From a virus: a stretch of 33,502 nucleotides of DNA. The DNA is taken from the IMG/VR virus record IMGVR_UViG_3300027987_000509. One strand, written 5' to 3'. The notes below the pieces were generated by a model. It was not told where the DNA came from, searched no databases, and was given only the letters and a program-made list of their open reading frames with translations. Below are positions 17,667-26,948 of this stretch, piece after piece. Both the position numbers and the translations under genes were made by a program. How positions within the stretch are numbered: position 1 is the stretch's first letter; every line of letters starts with the position of its first letter.

Positions 17667-19637
17667 ATGCCTAGTAGCTGGCTGTTATGGGATCGAATCC
17701 GGGCAATGACCCGGCAGCACCAGATCTACCAGGCTGAGCGTGTATTCCAAAACCAATCCTCTCTTGACAGGCTGACAGCTGGCGGCGAATTTCTCGATTT
17801 CAATGCTCAAGCCGCTATCCTGGACCAAACGAACCTGCAAATTAACAGGCTCGAAAGGTACAAGGATTATGAGCAAATGGATCAGATGGGTGAGATCAGT
17901 CTTGCCCTCGACCTGTACGCCGACGAAGCGAGCTTGGTCGATCCGGAGCGAAAGCACACCCTCATTATCCGTGCGAGAAACAGACGGCTTAAGAGGGAAC
18001 TTGAAGATCTCTTCTTTGACACGCTGCTCTGGGACACGTACTGCAGACCGACAGTGCGTTATCTGTGCAAGTATGGTGATCTTCCGTTCGAAGTGATTCC
18101 AGCTACTGGTCGCGATGGCGTTTCGTCGTTGCGATTCATGAATGTCTACAATTTCACTCGGATCGAAACGCGGTTCGGTGATCTTGTCGGATTCTTCTAT
18201 CAGGATGCTTTGTTCCCGCAACCGCAATTCTTGCACCCTTGGCAGGTGATGCACTTGCGGTTGACAAGCTTCGAGAATATCTACCATCCCTATGGTAGGT
18301 CGATCTTGGATGGTGGACGAAAATCATTCAAGCAGCTACGACTCATGGAAGACGCAGCTCTCATTTATCGAATCACACGTGCCCCGGAAAAGCGTAAATT
18401 CACAATTCCGGTCGGCCTAATTCCGCCGAAAGAAGTTCCAGAGTACATGCAAATGATTGCTCGGAACTTCAAGAGACAGCGATTCTACAATCCGACAACC
18501 GGTACGTTCGATGAGCGATACTCTCCTCTGATCCAAGAAGACGACTTCTTCTTGCCGAGGCGTCCGGACGGCACTGGACCCGATGTCGATACTCTTGCTG
18601 GTGCCGAGAACCTGGACCAAATTGCCGACATTGAATACTTCAAGAAGAAGATGATTGCTCCGACCAAGATTCCATTCGCAAGAGTTGGGATCGGTGAAGG
18701 CTCTGGCGAGGCGAGCGAGAAGTCGCTTTCGCAGTCACACTCTGAATTCGCCAAAGCAGTACAATGGGTGCAAAGGGAAGTTGCGACTGGTCTGACGAAG
18801 ATCGCAATAATCCATCTGGCCCTTCGAGGTTATTCGGTTGAGGATCTCAAGGGATTCGAGATCGCACTCACCGCTACATCGGCGATGGAAGAGTTGTACA
18901 GGATCGAGACCTGGCAAACGCGAGTCGGTGTAATGGCCGACTTGAAAGATCTTGGATGGTTCCCGAAGGAATGGATCGTCACTCACTTCACCGATTTGTC
19001 TCCCGATGAAATCGAGGAATTGAAGGAGATTGAGGCCGAGGAGTCACAGGGCGGTCCGAGTGGCGGTGGCCCTGGTGGACTTGATGTCGAGCCTGAGATG
19101 GCTGACGAAGGTCTTGAAGGCGGCGAAGAAGAAGCTGCTGGTCAAGGAGGTGAAGAGGGAGGCACTGCTCCTGAAGAGGGTGTGGCTCCAGAGGAGCCAA
19201 AGCCTGTTCCTGGACTGGAAGGCTTTGATTACGCCGCCGAGAAACGTTTGCTTCTTGAATTGAGAAAACAAGGAAAACGAAACGAGGCGATGGCTATTGT
19301 CAGGAGGTGGGCAGCCCGTCTTGGTCGTCCTTCGATGGCCGATGACAGAGAATATAACAGTGGCTTCGATTTTCTCATCGAGCACAAAGAGCTTGATGGC
19401 TTATCAGCCAATCATCCTATCAATCCTGCCGAGTCGAATGGCAATGGTAGAGGAATCCACGATCCTAACAAAGATACCGATTTACTGGTCGAGTGGTCGG
19501 TAGATGAAGACGAACGGACTCAGGCCATCGACGAGGTCTACAATGTGATCACTGCTGGCGAGGTGCTGTCAGAGGATGCCGACGAAGATAACATCACAGA
19601 GGATGATCTTCCTGCAACTTCTGTGAGCGATCTGTAG
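17667..19637 (+). CDS. gp20: Portal protein (T4 gp20-like) with long acidic C-terminal extension
   Basis: KQLRLMEDAALIYRITRAPEKRKF, EDDFFLPRR, DTLAGAENL..IADIEYFKKK are gp20 signatures. Confidence 0.95.
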   Translation: MPSSWLLWDRIRAMTRQHQIYQAERVFQNQSSLDRLTAGGEFLDFNAQAAILDQTNLQINRLERYKDYEQMDQMGEISLALDLYADEASLVDPERKHTLIIRARNRRLKRELEDLFFDTLLWDTYCRPTVRYLCKYGDLPFEVIPATGRDGVSSLRFMNVYNFTRIETRFGDLVGFFYQDALFPQPQFLHPWQVMHLRLTSFENIYHPYGRSILDGGRKSFKQLRLMEDAALIYRITRAPEKRKFTIPVGLIPPKEVPEYMQMIARNFKRQRFYNPTTGTFDERYSPLIQEDDFFLPRRPDGTGPDVDTLAGAENLDQIADIEYFKKKMIAPTKIPFARVGIGEGSGEASEKSLSQSHSEFAKAVQWVQREVATGLTKIAIIHLALRGYSVEDLKGFEIALTATSAMEELYRIETWQTRVGVMADLKDLGWFPKEWIVTHFTDLSPDEIEELKEIEAEESQGGPSGGGPGGLDVEPEMADEGLEGGEEEAAGQGGEEGGTAPEEGVAPEEPKPVPGLEGFDYAAEKRLLLELRKQGKRNEAMAIVRRWAARLGRPSMADDREYNSGFDFLIEHKELDGLSANHPINPAESNGNGRGIHDPNKDTDLLVEWSVDEDERTQAIDEVYNVITAGEVLSEDADEDNITEDDLPATSVSDL

Positions 19638-19646
19638 GCACTCGAG

Positions 19647-19654
19647 CAAAATTA
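19647..19654 (+). promoter_or_regulatory. Putative late promoter YAAANNTA (CAAAATTA)
   Basis: Intergenic copy upstream of the 1019-aa core gene. Confidence 0.45.
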
Positions 19655-19753
19655 GTTATAGCTACTGACACGAAGCACTTTATTGCCATCGGGAAGATAA
19701 TCAGATCTGCAGCCCTAATCTGTGATCTGACAACCGAGCAATGGGAGTTTGCA

Positions 19754-22700
19754 ATGAGCAAAACGGCGACAGACAGTTCTGCGGTTGTAATGGATAGCCG
19801 CAAATTCTTGGGTGCACTCAATGACTCCGCTCAGGCCAAAGTTGCCGAGTTCGATGGTCATGTCCAGTCGATGGGCCGCAAAGCTGGTAAGAACTGGCGT
19901 TTGACGGCTCTCAAGGCGAGTGACCTCTATTTCGAAGACGTCGACACCAACGTCTACTACATCGCCGAACACAAGTCGAACAACGGCAAGGTCACGATCC
20001 AGAACATTCGCCCGATCCAAATCCAGGAAGGCGAAAAGCAGAAGGTCTTCGGCGAAGCCTGCCTGAAGCTGATCGAATCGATCGAAGAAAACGATCAGAC
20101 CGGCATGCAGAACGCATTCAACAGAATGCGGAGCCACAAGTTCTCCGGCCGATCAGTGCCCTACTCCGGTTTTGTCCGCTGCAAGGACAACATCACCCGT
20201 CAAATTCAAGTCTCCAGCGACGATTCCCTCTCGGAAGATGTACGTGGCCGCCTGATCGCCGCCATCGTTGAAGGACTTCGAGATCAGGTCATCGTCGAAA
20301 ACGGCAATGTCGTTTCCGCCTCTTTCAGCAATGGTGATCCTGTTCGATTGCCAGTGACCAAGTGGGCGGCACGTAAGCTGGTCGCAAAGAAGATGCGATC
20401 TGCCGCCGAAAATGCATTCTGGTCCGAAGGATTCCAGAAGCGTGTCAAGCACGTCGCACAACTCGTATCCGAAGGGAATATCGAGGGTGCTGTGAAGTTC
20501 GTGTCGCCGTTCCTCGACGACATGGAGGAATTCACACTACTGTCTCGTGGCAGAGTCCAAACGTTGGTTGAAAATGCTTTGGCGGCAAACGCCATCTTCA
20601 ACCAGTCGCTCTGTGACGACGTCTCGACTCTGTTCCATCGGACCAATCTGCGGGTCAATCGCCGCAAGATCATCGACGAATGGCGAAACATTTCGCGACG
20701 TGCTGAGCATGCCGTGCTCGCCGAGAACGTTCAGATTCTCGAGGATGCGAAGAACTTCGAGGCCGCCTACGACAAATTCCTCGAATTGATCTTCGAAGCA
20801 ATCTCCAATCGCGAAGTGGCAGCTGAAGCTCTGGCGACCACTCTGGAAGTCCTCAAGACCAAGACGCCGCGAATCAGAGAATCTCACGACCTGTCGTCCA
20901 AACTGGAGAATCTCATTGCCCGTTTGAAGGACCCAACATTCGACGATGCCGCGATTTATGAGGCTGAAGACCTCATCGCGACAATCCAAGAAGAACTCGC
21001 TGCGACCGAAACTCTTGGGAATTTCGATCAAATTCCTGGTGGCGGTGGTGACGATAGTCTCGGACTCGACGAATTGGGTGCCGATGCCGGTGCCGGTGGT
21101 GGTGGTGCTCCCGTCATCAACATCAATTCCCCACTCATCCAGGTCGGCGGAACAAGCTCTGCCGGGCCAGGTGGTGAGGAAGAGGACCTTGGCGGTCTCG
21201 AAGATCTTGGTGCCGAAGAAGAACCAGCACCCGAAGAGGAATTGGGTGGAGCTGGTGAAGAAGGTGATTTGGCCGCTCTGCTCGGCGGTGGCGGTGGTGC
21301 TGCCCCTCCAGGAGGTGCTCCGGCCGGTGGCGGTGGTGGTCTTGGCCTCGAAAGCAGGCAGCGACGCCGCCGTTCGGTCAACGAGTCGAATCCGCAGCAC
21401 TATGAAATGCGGAAGAAGGGTGATGACGACCAGGGAAGTGCCCCAGAAGGTGAAGGGGACGATGAACTGGAGGAAAGCCGCGATCCGTACGCCATTCGAG
21501 AAGGCGAATTCGATTTCTCGACGACAAGCAGCATGACCACTTATGGTGCTCCTGTCATCACAGACGAGAAGCAGCTGCGTCAGATCGTCGGAATCATGAA
21601 CCGCCTGCGTGTCGAGCACAATCTGAAGGGCCGAGCACTTAAGGAGAATCTCGAATCGATGGCCGAGGCGAGCATCAGTGCCATTGGGCTCCGAATTCCG
21701 AAAGGACGGATGTCGAAGGCATTGGAGCAAGCTATCGAATTGTTCAACGAAATGGTCGGAACTGCTGCCGTTGCCGATATGACCGGTGGCGGCAAGATGG
21801 CCAAGAAAGACGACGACGACGATCTCGGTCTCGGCGATGACGACGATATGGCCGAAGATCAATTCAAGGGACCGCGAATTCGCGGCCGTGGTTACAAGAA
21901 GACCTCTTACCAAGCTCGCGAACTCCAGAAGGAGTCCATCGAGTGGGGTGAATCGCAGGATGATGCGATTGCTGGCAGCCTTGCCGGTGTGGGATTCATC
22001 TTCGATCACGGCGGTGCCGATGACTCTCTCAAGCCGATCATCATGAGTGAAGACGGCTCGGTCGAGATTCCGATCCCTGCTGAACTCTACAATGACGCAT
22101 TTGCCGCTGCCAACATGATTGACGAGGGCGGTGATCCGTCCAAGTTCGTTCGTTGGCTCAGCGGTTCGATCGAACAATTGCGTCCGATCACTGACGAAGA
22201 AGAACTGGCTCTCCAGGAAGCGATGGCGAAGATTACCACGACTCCTGATGGCGGAATTTCAGTTGAGGTCAGCGACGACGTCCAGGTCGGCGAAGTCGGT
22301 GGCGAAGCCGGGCCTGACATGGGCATGGGCGACGACGAAGAGCTGGAAACCGCCGGTATGGAACCTGTGGACGCCGTTGGTGGTGAAGGTATGGAAGATC
22401 AGGCCATGGATGCCGAAATGGGCGGCGAAATGGGCGGCATGGAAGACGGCATGGAGGGTGGCGGCGAAATGGAAGAAATGCCGGATTACGAGGAAGAAGA
22501 TGCCCTCGAGCCCAGCATGCAGCAGCCGCAGCAAGGTGCTGCACAACCGCAGCAAGGTGGCCAAATGCAGCAACCGCAGCAGAAGCCACAGCAGCAGATG
22601 CAGCAGCCCGAAGAACAAATGGAAGACAAGGACATCACCGAGCCTTCGTCCTCGAAGTACACGAAGCACGTCAAGGACAACAAGCGTGAAATGCCTGCCC

Positions 22701-22813
22701 ACAAGCCGACCAAGAAGACAGATGACAATCTGGATTCGATCGGTCCGAGCTTGAAGACCGATGACGGGTCGGGCACGAAGCCGCCTACGGCGAGAGCGAT
22801 GAGCCAGAAGTAA
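19754..22813 (+). CDS. Large acidic prohead core/inner head protein (function unknown)
   Basis: 1019-aa ORF with SD GGGAG, located between portal and protease (the position of T4 gp67/gp68). Gly/Glu-, Met/Glu- and Gln-rich low-complexity linkers. Confidence 0.7.
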   Translation: MSKTATDSSAVVMDSRKFLGALNDSAQAKVAEFDGHVQSMGRKAGKNWRLTALKASDLYFEDVDTNVYYIAEHKSNNGKVTIQNIRPIQIQEGEKQKVFGEACLKLIESIEENDQTGMQNAFNRMRSHKFSGRSVPYSGFVRCKDNITRQIQVSSDDSLSEDVRGRLIAAIVEGLRDQVIVENGNVVSASFSNGDPVRLPVTKWAARKLVAKKMRSAAENAFWSEGFQKRVKHVAQLVSEGNIEGAVKFVSPFLDDMEEFTLLSRGRVQTLVENALAANAIFNQSLCDDVSTLFHRTNLRVNRRKIIDEWRNISRRAEHAVLAENVQILEDAKNFEAAYDKFLELIFEAISNREVAAEALATTLEVLKTKTPRIRESHDLSSKLENLIARLKDPTFDDAAIYEAEDLIATIQEELAATETLGNFDQIPGGGGDDSLGLDELGADAGAGGGGAPVININSPLIQVGGTSSAGPGGEEEDLGGLEDLGAEEEPAPEEELGGAGEEGDLAALLGGGGGAAPPGGAPAGGGGGLGLESRQRRRRSVNESNPQHYEMRKKGDDDQGSAPEGEGDDELEESRDPYAIREGEFDFSTTSSMTTYGAPVITDEKQLRQIVGIMNRLRVEHNLKGRALKENLESMAEASISAIGLRIPKGRMSKALEQAIELFNEMVGTAAVADMTGGGKMAKKDDDDDLGLGDDDDMAEDQFKGPRIRGRGYKKTSYQARELQKESIEWGESQDDAIAGSLAGVGFIFDHGGADDSLKPIIMSEDGSVEIPIPAELYNDAFAAANMIDEGGDPSKFVRWLSGSIEQLRPITDEEELALQEAMAKITTTPDGGISVEVSDDVQVGEVGGEAGPDMGMGDDEELETAGMEPVDAVGGEGMEDQAMDAEMGGEMGGMEDGMEGGGEMEEMPDYEEEDALEPSMQQPQQGAAQPQQGGQMQQPQQKPQQQMQQPEEQMEDKDITEPSSSKYTKHVKDNKREMPAHKPTKKTDDNLDSIGPSLKTDDGSGTKPPTARAMSQK

Positions 22814-22825
22814 TCGGAGTGGACA

Positions 22826-23575
22826 ATGCTACCAAGCAGAAGAAATAACAGGGCTTTGTTGGAGGACATCCACGAGCCCTCTTACTTCAATCGCGGTCTG
22901 ATCGCGGAGACCGGTCGTATCCCGCTTGGCTTCAAGCTGATTCAGGATACGTTCCCTTTTGAGGTCATCGAAACGAAGAATACGGTGACTGAGGGGAAAG
23001 ATGGCCGTGAAGTCCCGATCATGCGTGTCACCGGTCTGTTTCAGATGGGTGACAGGGAGAATGCGAACGGACGATGGTACTCCACTCGTGACGTTCTGGC
23101 TCCAGCCGTGCAGCAGATTCAAGAGGATGTGTCGGCACGAGCCGTTATGGGTGAATTTGATCACCCTGCGGACGCGAAAATTCACCTTGACCGTGTCAGC
23201 CACCTAATGACGAAAGTCTGGATGGACGGTCGCAAGGTCTTCGGCGAAGCCGAGGTCCTACACAGTCTCCCATGTGGTGCCTGTCTCCGTGGCTTGTTTG
23301 AACACAAGGTGCGGGTGGGGATTTCATCTCGTGGGGTTGGAGACATGGAAGTCTCTGAGCAGGGTGGGCATGAGGTCTACCGGGTGATGCCGGGCTACTC
23401 GTTCGTGACTTGGGATGCTGTTGCCGAGCCTTCGGTCAACGGAGCCATCCTGAACATTCAAGAAAGCCTGAATCGGCGGATTCGACCGCTGGCACAGCAG
23501 CGAGATAAGTTCCCCCGAGCGACCTACGAAAAGATGTTGGTCAAGGAGATCAACAGCTTCTTCGATTTGAGGTAA
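22826..23575 (+). CDS. gp21: Prohead protease (T4 gp21-like)
   Basis: NANGRWY, MGEFDHP...LDRVSH, VGISSRGVG, WDAVAEPS. Confidence 0.95.
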   Translation: MLPSRRNNRALLEDIHEPSYFNRGLIAETGRIPLGFKLIQDTFPFEVIETKNTVTEGKDGREVPIMRVTGLFQMGDRENANGRWYSTRDVLAPAVQQIQEDVSARAVMGEFDHPADAKIHLDRVSHLMTKVWMDGRKVFGEAEVLHSLPCGACLRGLFEHKVRVGISSRGVGDMEVSEQGGHEVYRVMPGYSFVTWDAVAEPSVNGAILNIQESLNRRIRPLAQQRDKFPRATYEKMLVKEINSFFDLR

Positions 23576-23596
23576 CTAAGAATTCACTGATTCACG

Positions 23597-23604
23597 CAAA
23601 AATA
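23597..23604 (+). promoter_or_regulatory. Putative late promoter YAAANNTA (CAAAAATA) for scaffold-capsid unit
   Basis: Intergenic copy upstream of the scaffold gene. Confidence 0.5.
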
Positions 23605-23641
23605 ACTACAACACGACAAGTCTCGTGAGGAGTCGTCTACA

Positions 23642-24382
23642 ATGGACAAAATCAAAGCACTGCTCCAAAAAGCTGGCGTGAGCGAGGATCTGGCCGTCCA
23701 GATCGTCGAATCTCTCGATGGCTACAAGACCACTCTTCGCGAGCAGTTCGAGAAGGAGTATGCGGGCAAGGTTGAGCAGGCCAAGAAGGTCTGTATCGAA
23801 GAAACCGAAGCCCACAAGCGAGAGCTTGCTCGTCGTCTCCAGATTTTCTGTGAGACCAAGGGAGCTGCAATCGAGGCACAGCTTGCCAAACAGTCGGCCC
23901 TTAGCGAATCCGAAGCTCTTTCCAAGCTGACCCAGGTTCGAGCCATGCTCGAAGGGATCACGCTTAATGGAGAGCCCAACGGACAAGCTACAGCCGGGTT
24001 GGAGAAAGCCAAAAAGCAGGTCCAAGTTGCGGTCGAACAGCGAGATCGAGCAGTCGAAACTGCGAACCGGCAAACAGCCATCGCAGAGCGAGCCCTGAAG
24101 AAGAACCGGCAGCTAGCCACTGAAAACGCTGAACTCAAGAAGCGAGCCAGCGGCCAGCGACAACCGGTCACTGAAGGGAAGCAAGGCCAGCAATCTCGTC
24201 GGATTGACAAGGGTCGTAAACAAGCCCGTCAACCGGTGACAACCCGACCGACTCTCGTTGAAAGTCAGGATCGACGTCCGCCGCAGCAGCAAAATCAACC
24301 GCATGTGACCAACACCGGCAACGGTCAAGGCCGCTACGGCATCAGCGATATTGCTGCCCAGGTTGACGAAGATCTCATCTGA
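23642..24382 (+). CDS. Prohead scaffold/core protein (gp22-like)
   Basis: Coiled-coil protein between protease and MCP; SD GAGGAG; candidate protease sites PVTE and TLVE. Confidence 0.75.
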   Translation: MDKIKALLQKAGVSEDLAVQIVESLDGYKTTLREQFEKEYAGKVEQAKKVCIEETEAHKRELARRLQIFCETKGAAIEAQLAKQSALSESEALSKLTQVRAMLEGITLNGEPNGQATAGLEKAKKQVQVAVEQRDRAVETANRQTAIAERALKKNRQLATENAELKKRASGQRQPVTEGKQGQQSRRIDKGRKQARQPVTTRPTLVESQDRRPPQQQNQPHVTNTGNGQGRYGISDIAAQVDEDLI

Positions 24383-24416
24383 ACCTGCAATCTGAATTCC
24401 AACCAGGAGTAACCAT

Positions 24417-26036
24417 ATGCTACCCACCAGAAACGCCCAGCGGCAACGCTTCAGTGGCGGTGGTCGCAGAACTCTTGCTGAAGGCACTGGAACCGGTCGT
24501 CGGCCAATCACAGAAGCCACCGACCTCCATCAGGCCGCCGTCATTCACGAGGGGAAGAAAAACCAACTCGTGAACAAATGGTCGCCGGTCCTTCGCAAGT
24601 GTCGCGAAGTCCCGCAGCAAAAGTTCGGCCTGATGGCCGCGATCCTCGAGAACCAGTACAACTGCTGGAATCCCGAGAACCGCTCGGTCATCTTGGAAGA
24701 CCAGACGACCACGGCGAACATCGCCGACTTCACCCGGTTTGCCCTTCCGCTCATCCGGAAGTCCTATCCGAAGCTGATCGCCGACAACCTCGTCGGTGTC
24801 CAGCCGATGAGCCAACCGGCGAGCTTGATCTTCTACATCCGATACCGCTACGCCCTCACCAAGGGCCAAACGGTCGCCGGAACGCAGATCATGCGTCAGA
24901 ACACCGCCCAGGTGTTCGCACGCCAAAACGGATGGGCACTCGACCCGTACTACAGCTCGCAGGAAGTCCGTGGTGAAGACGCCACGATCACCGGTAACAC
25001 GGTGGTTTCCGCGACGCTGGCACACCGCCCGGTTCTCGCCGGTACGGTTGTGGTCGAGGTCTTCGAGACCGAAGCCGACGCCAATCCGAACTGCGAAGAA
25101 GCCGTCCCCTGTCTCCGCGTCAGCTTTGACAGTGACGGTGCCCCTGACGTTGTCCTCGTTGGCGACTGCACGAACTTCACCGACAACCTGACGGTTGACA
25201 CGACCACCACTGGTGCCACCGAGTTCAACCACTCGACCGGTGCTGTTCAGATCTCGCTCTCCGCCGGTGTCTTCCCGGCCGGAGCGGTCGCACGCGTCAA
25301 CTACGAGTACGACCTCGAAGCCAACCCGTTCCAGCCGGAAGTTACGCTGAGCATCGACAGCGACTCGGTCGCCGCGATCACGCGTAAGCTCAAGACCAGC
25401 TGGAGCCTCGAGGCAGCTCAGGACCTCAAGTCGGTTCACAACATCGACGCCGAGTCCACTCTCACCGACCTGATGGCCGATGAAATGGTCGCGGAAATCG
25501 ATCGTGAAATCATCAACGACCTGATCATTTCGGCAGCCATTCGTGCCGACCACAACTTCGCGACCGCCGCTGGTGCGTCCGTGAACTTCACCGACCGCAA
25601 CATCGCCTTGATGTACAAGGTCCTCGAAGTCGCGAACATCATCCACCGGACAACGCTCCGTGGTCCCGCCAACTGGATGGTCATGTCCGCCGACATCTGC
25701 TCGAAATTCGAGCAGCTCAACGACTTCCGTGCGAGCGACGCGTTCACAACGGAAGGTGTCGACATCGGCATCATGAACATCGGCACGATCCAGGGCAAGA
25801 TGAAGATCTACAAAGATCCTCTCTTCCCGAACTGCAAGATCCTCATGGGCTTCAAGGGCAACTCCGTCCTCGACGCCGGATACTTCTACGCTCCGTACAT
25901 TCCGCTGCTCAGCACCCCGACCGTGCTGGACCCGAACAGCTTCACGCCGAACAAGGGTGTCATGACCCGATACGGCAAGAAGCTCATCGAGGACGGCGGC
26001 CTGTACTACGGTGTGGTCACGGTCAGCAACCTGTAA
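24417..26036 (+). CDS. gp23: Major capsid protein (T4 gp23-like)
   Basis: VGVQPMSQP, TRKLKTSWSLEAAQDL...H.IDAE, EIDREII, DAGYFYAPYIPL, SFTPNKGVMTRYG; SD AGGAG; strong C-ending codon bias. Confidence 0.97.
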   Translation: MLPTRNAQRQRFSGGGRRTLAEGTGTGRRPITEATDLHQAAVIHEGKKNQLVNKWSPVLRKCREVPQQKFGLMAAILENQYNCWNPENRSVILEDQTTTANIADFTRFALPLIRKSYPKLIADNLVGVQPMSQPASLIFYIRYRYALTKGQTVAGTQIMRQNTAQVFARQNGWALDPYYSSQEVRGEDATITGNTVVSATLAHRPVLAGTVVVEVFETEADANPNCEEAVPCLRVSFDSDGAPDVVLVGDCTNFTDNLTVDTTTTGATEFNHSTGAVQISLSAGVFPAGAVARVNYEYDLEANPFQPEVTLSIDSDSVAAITRKLKTSWSLEAAQDLKSVHNIDAESTLTDLMADEMVAEIDREIINDLIISAAIRADHNFATAAGASVNFTDRNIALMYKVLEVANIIHRTTLRGPANWMVMSADICSKFEQLNDFRASDAFTTEGVDIGIMNIGTIQGKMKIYKDPLFPNCKILMGFKGNSVLDAGYFYAPYIPLLSTPTVLDPNSFTPNKGVMTRYGKKLIEDGGLYYGVVTVSNL

Positions 26037-26064
26037 TCCGTCCACACGACGTGGATCATCTACG

Positions 26065-26100
26065 CAATGGCCCGGCACTTCGCCGGGCCATTGTCGTATA
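26065..26100 (+). terminator. Hairpin, putative terminator after MCP
   Basis: CAATGGCCCGGC-acttc-GCCGGGCCATTG (12 bp) followed by TCGTATA. Confidence 0.75.
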
Positions 26101-26177
26101 TGTGTCGTCCGCAACGTGTTCAAAAGTAGATAAGGACCCCCACAACGGGGGTCATCTTCTTTTACCATGGAGGACCC

Positions 26178-26486
26178 ATGAAATACGCTGCGATGGCACT
26201 GTCTCTGATCCTGATGGCTTCCACAGTGCAAGCCAACACCGTGTCATGTCGAGAAATCAGGATCGAGGACCCATGCAAAGTGGCACCATGCTCGGTGCCC
26301 ACGGAAATCACCGTCTGCGACCCATTTACGTGCTGCGAGGTCAAGTTGACTGTCTGCATGCCGAAGGGCTGCGTGGTGTGCCCGGAAGTCACAAGGCACG
26401 GTCGAAAAGTGAAATATGATTTCGGCAAATACGAAGTGGAAATCCACTTCAGCCGCAAAAACATCACGATCGACTACGACGACTGA
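26178..26486 (+). CDS. Secreted Cys-rich small protein, planctomycete-like
   Basis: Signal peptide (MKYAAMALSLILMASTVQA) and SD GGAGG. The mature part PCSVP...DP...C.P...YDFGKYEVEI...IDYDD recalls uncharacterised Planctomycetaceae proteins. Confidence 0.8.
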   Translation: MKYAAMALSLILMASTVQANTVSCREIRIEDPCKVAPCSVPTEITVCDPFTCCEVKLTVCMPKGCVVCPEVTRHGRKVKYDFGKYEVEIHFSRKNITIDYDD

Positions 26487-26492
26487 TCAACG

Positions 26493-26529
26493 CAACGGCC
26501 CGGTGAACACGCCGGGCCGTTGTCGTATC
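26493..26529 (+). terminator. Hairpin, putative terminator
   Basis: CAACGGCCCGG-tgaacacg-CCGGGCCGTTG (11 bp) followed by TCGTATC; paralogous to the 26065 hairpin. Confidence 0.75.
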
Positions 26530-26624
26530 AAACATACCATAAATGAATGGTGTCCTCCCGCCTTGGTATTCTGGCAGATGGTCTGCCGGATGTCCGTAAG
26601 TCCGAGCAAAAGGGAGGATTGAGG

Positions 26625-26900
26625 ATGAGCGAAACACATCGCATGCCTCAACTCGGCGAGCCGATCGTCTACTGTGATTCACGTGGGGTGGATCACGACG
26701 CCTTGATTACCGCAGTTTGGGGAGAAGATTGCATCAATCTTGTCTTCGTCTCCGGTGATGAAAGTCGTAAAGACAGTTACGGTCGGCAGGTTGAACGGGA
26801 GACGTCAGTGCTCCACGTCAGTAGAAGCGACGTTCACGGCTCTTACTGGCGGTTCAAAGAAGAGAAGCGAAACCCCTACAAAGCTCCTCTGCAAAGCTGA
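26625..26900 (+). CDS. Small beta-barrel-like hypothetical phage protein
   Basis: ATG 26625 with SD GGGAGG; PQLGEPIVY...ALITAVW...INLVF pattern seen in small phage proteins. Confidence 0.75.
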   Translation: MSETHRMPQLGEPIVYCDSRGVDHDALITAVWGEDCINLVFVSGDESRKDSYGRQVERETSVLHVSRSDVHGSYWRFKEEKRNPYKAPLQS

Positions 26901-26948
26901 GTGAACAGCCTGTTGGAACCGAGCAGGAACCTATCACACAGGCGACAC

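Noticed and set aside
20537-22177. 546-aa antisense ORF opposite the 1019-aa protein (also 5875-6750, 13550-14290, 17685-18287, 28373-29125)
   Set aside because: Shadow ORFs of well-supported plus-strand genes with no domain-like features.
22320-22620. ATGGGCGGC and CAGCAG-type short repeats
   Set aside because: Explained by Met/Gly/Glu- and Gln-rich low-complexity coding sequence; not an independent DNA element.
24420-26231. 603-aa antisense ORF opposite the major capsid gene
   Set aside because: It is the codon-aligned mirror frame of a gene with strong C-ending codon bias, which removes antisense stops. It has no recognisable motifs.
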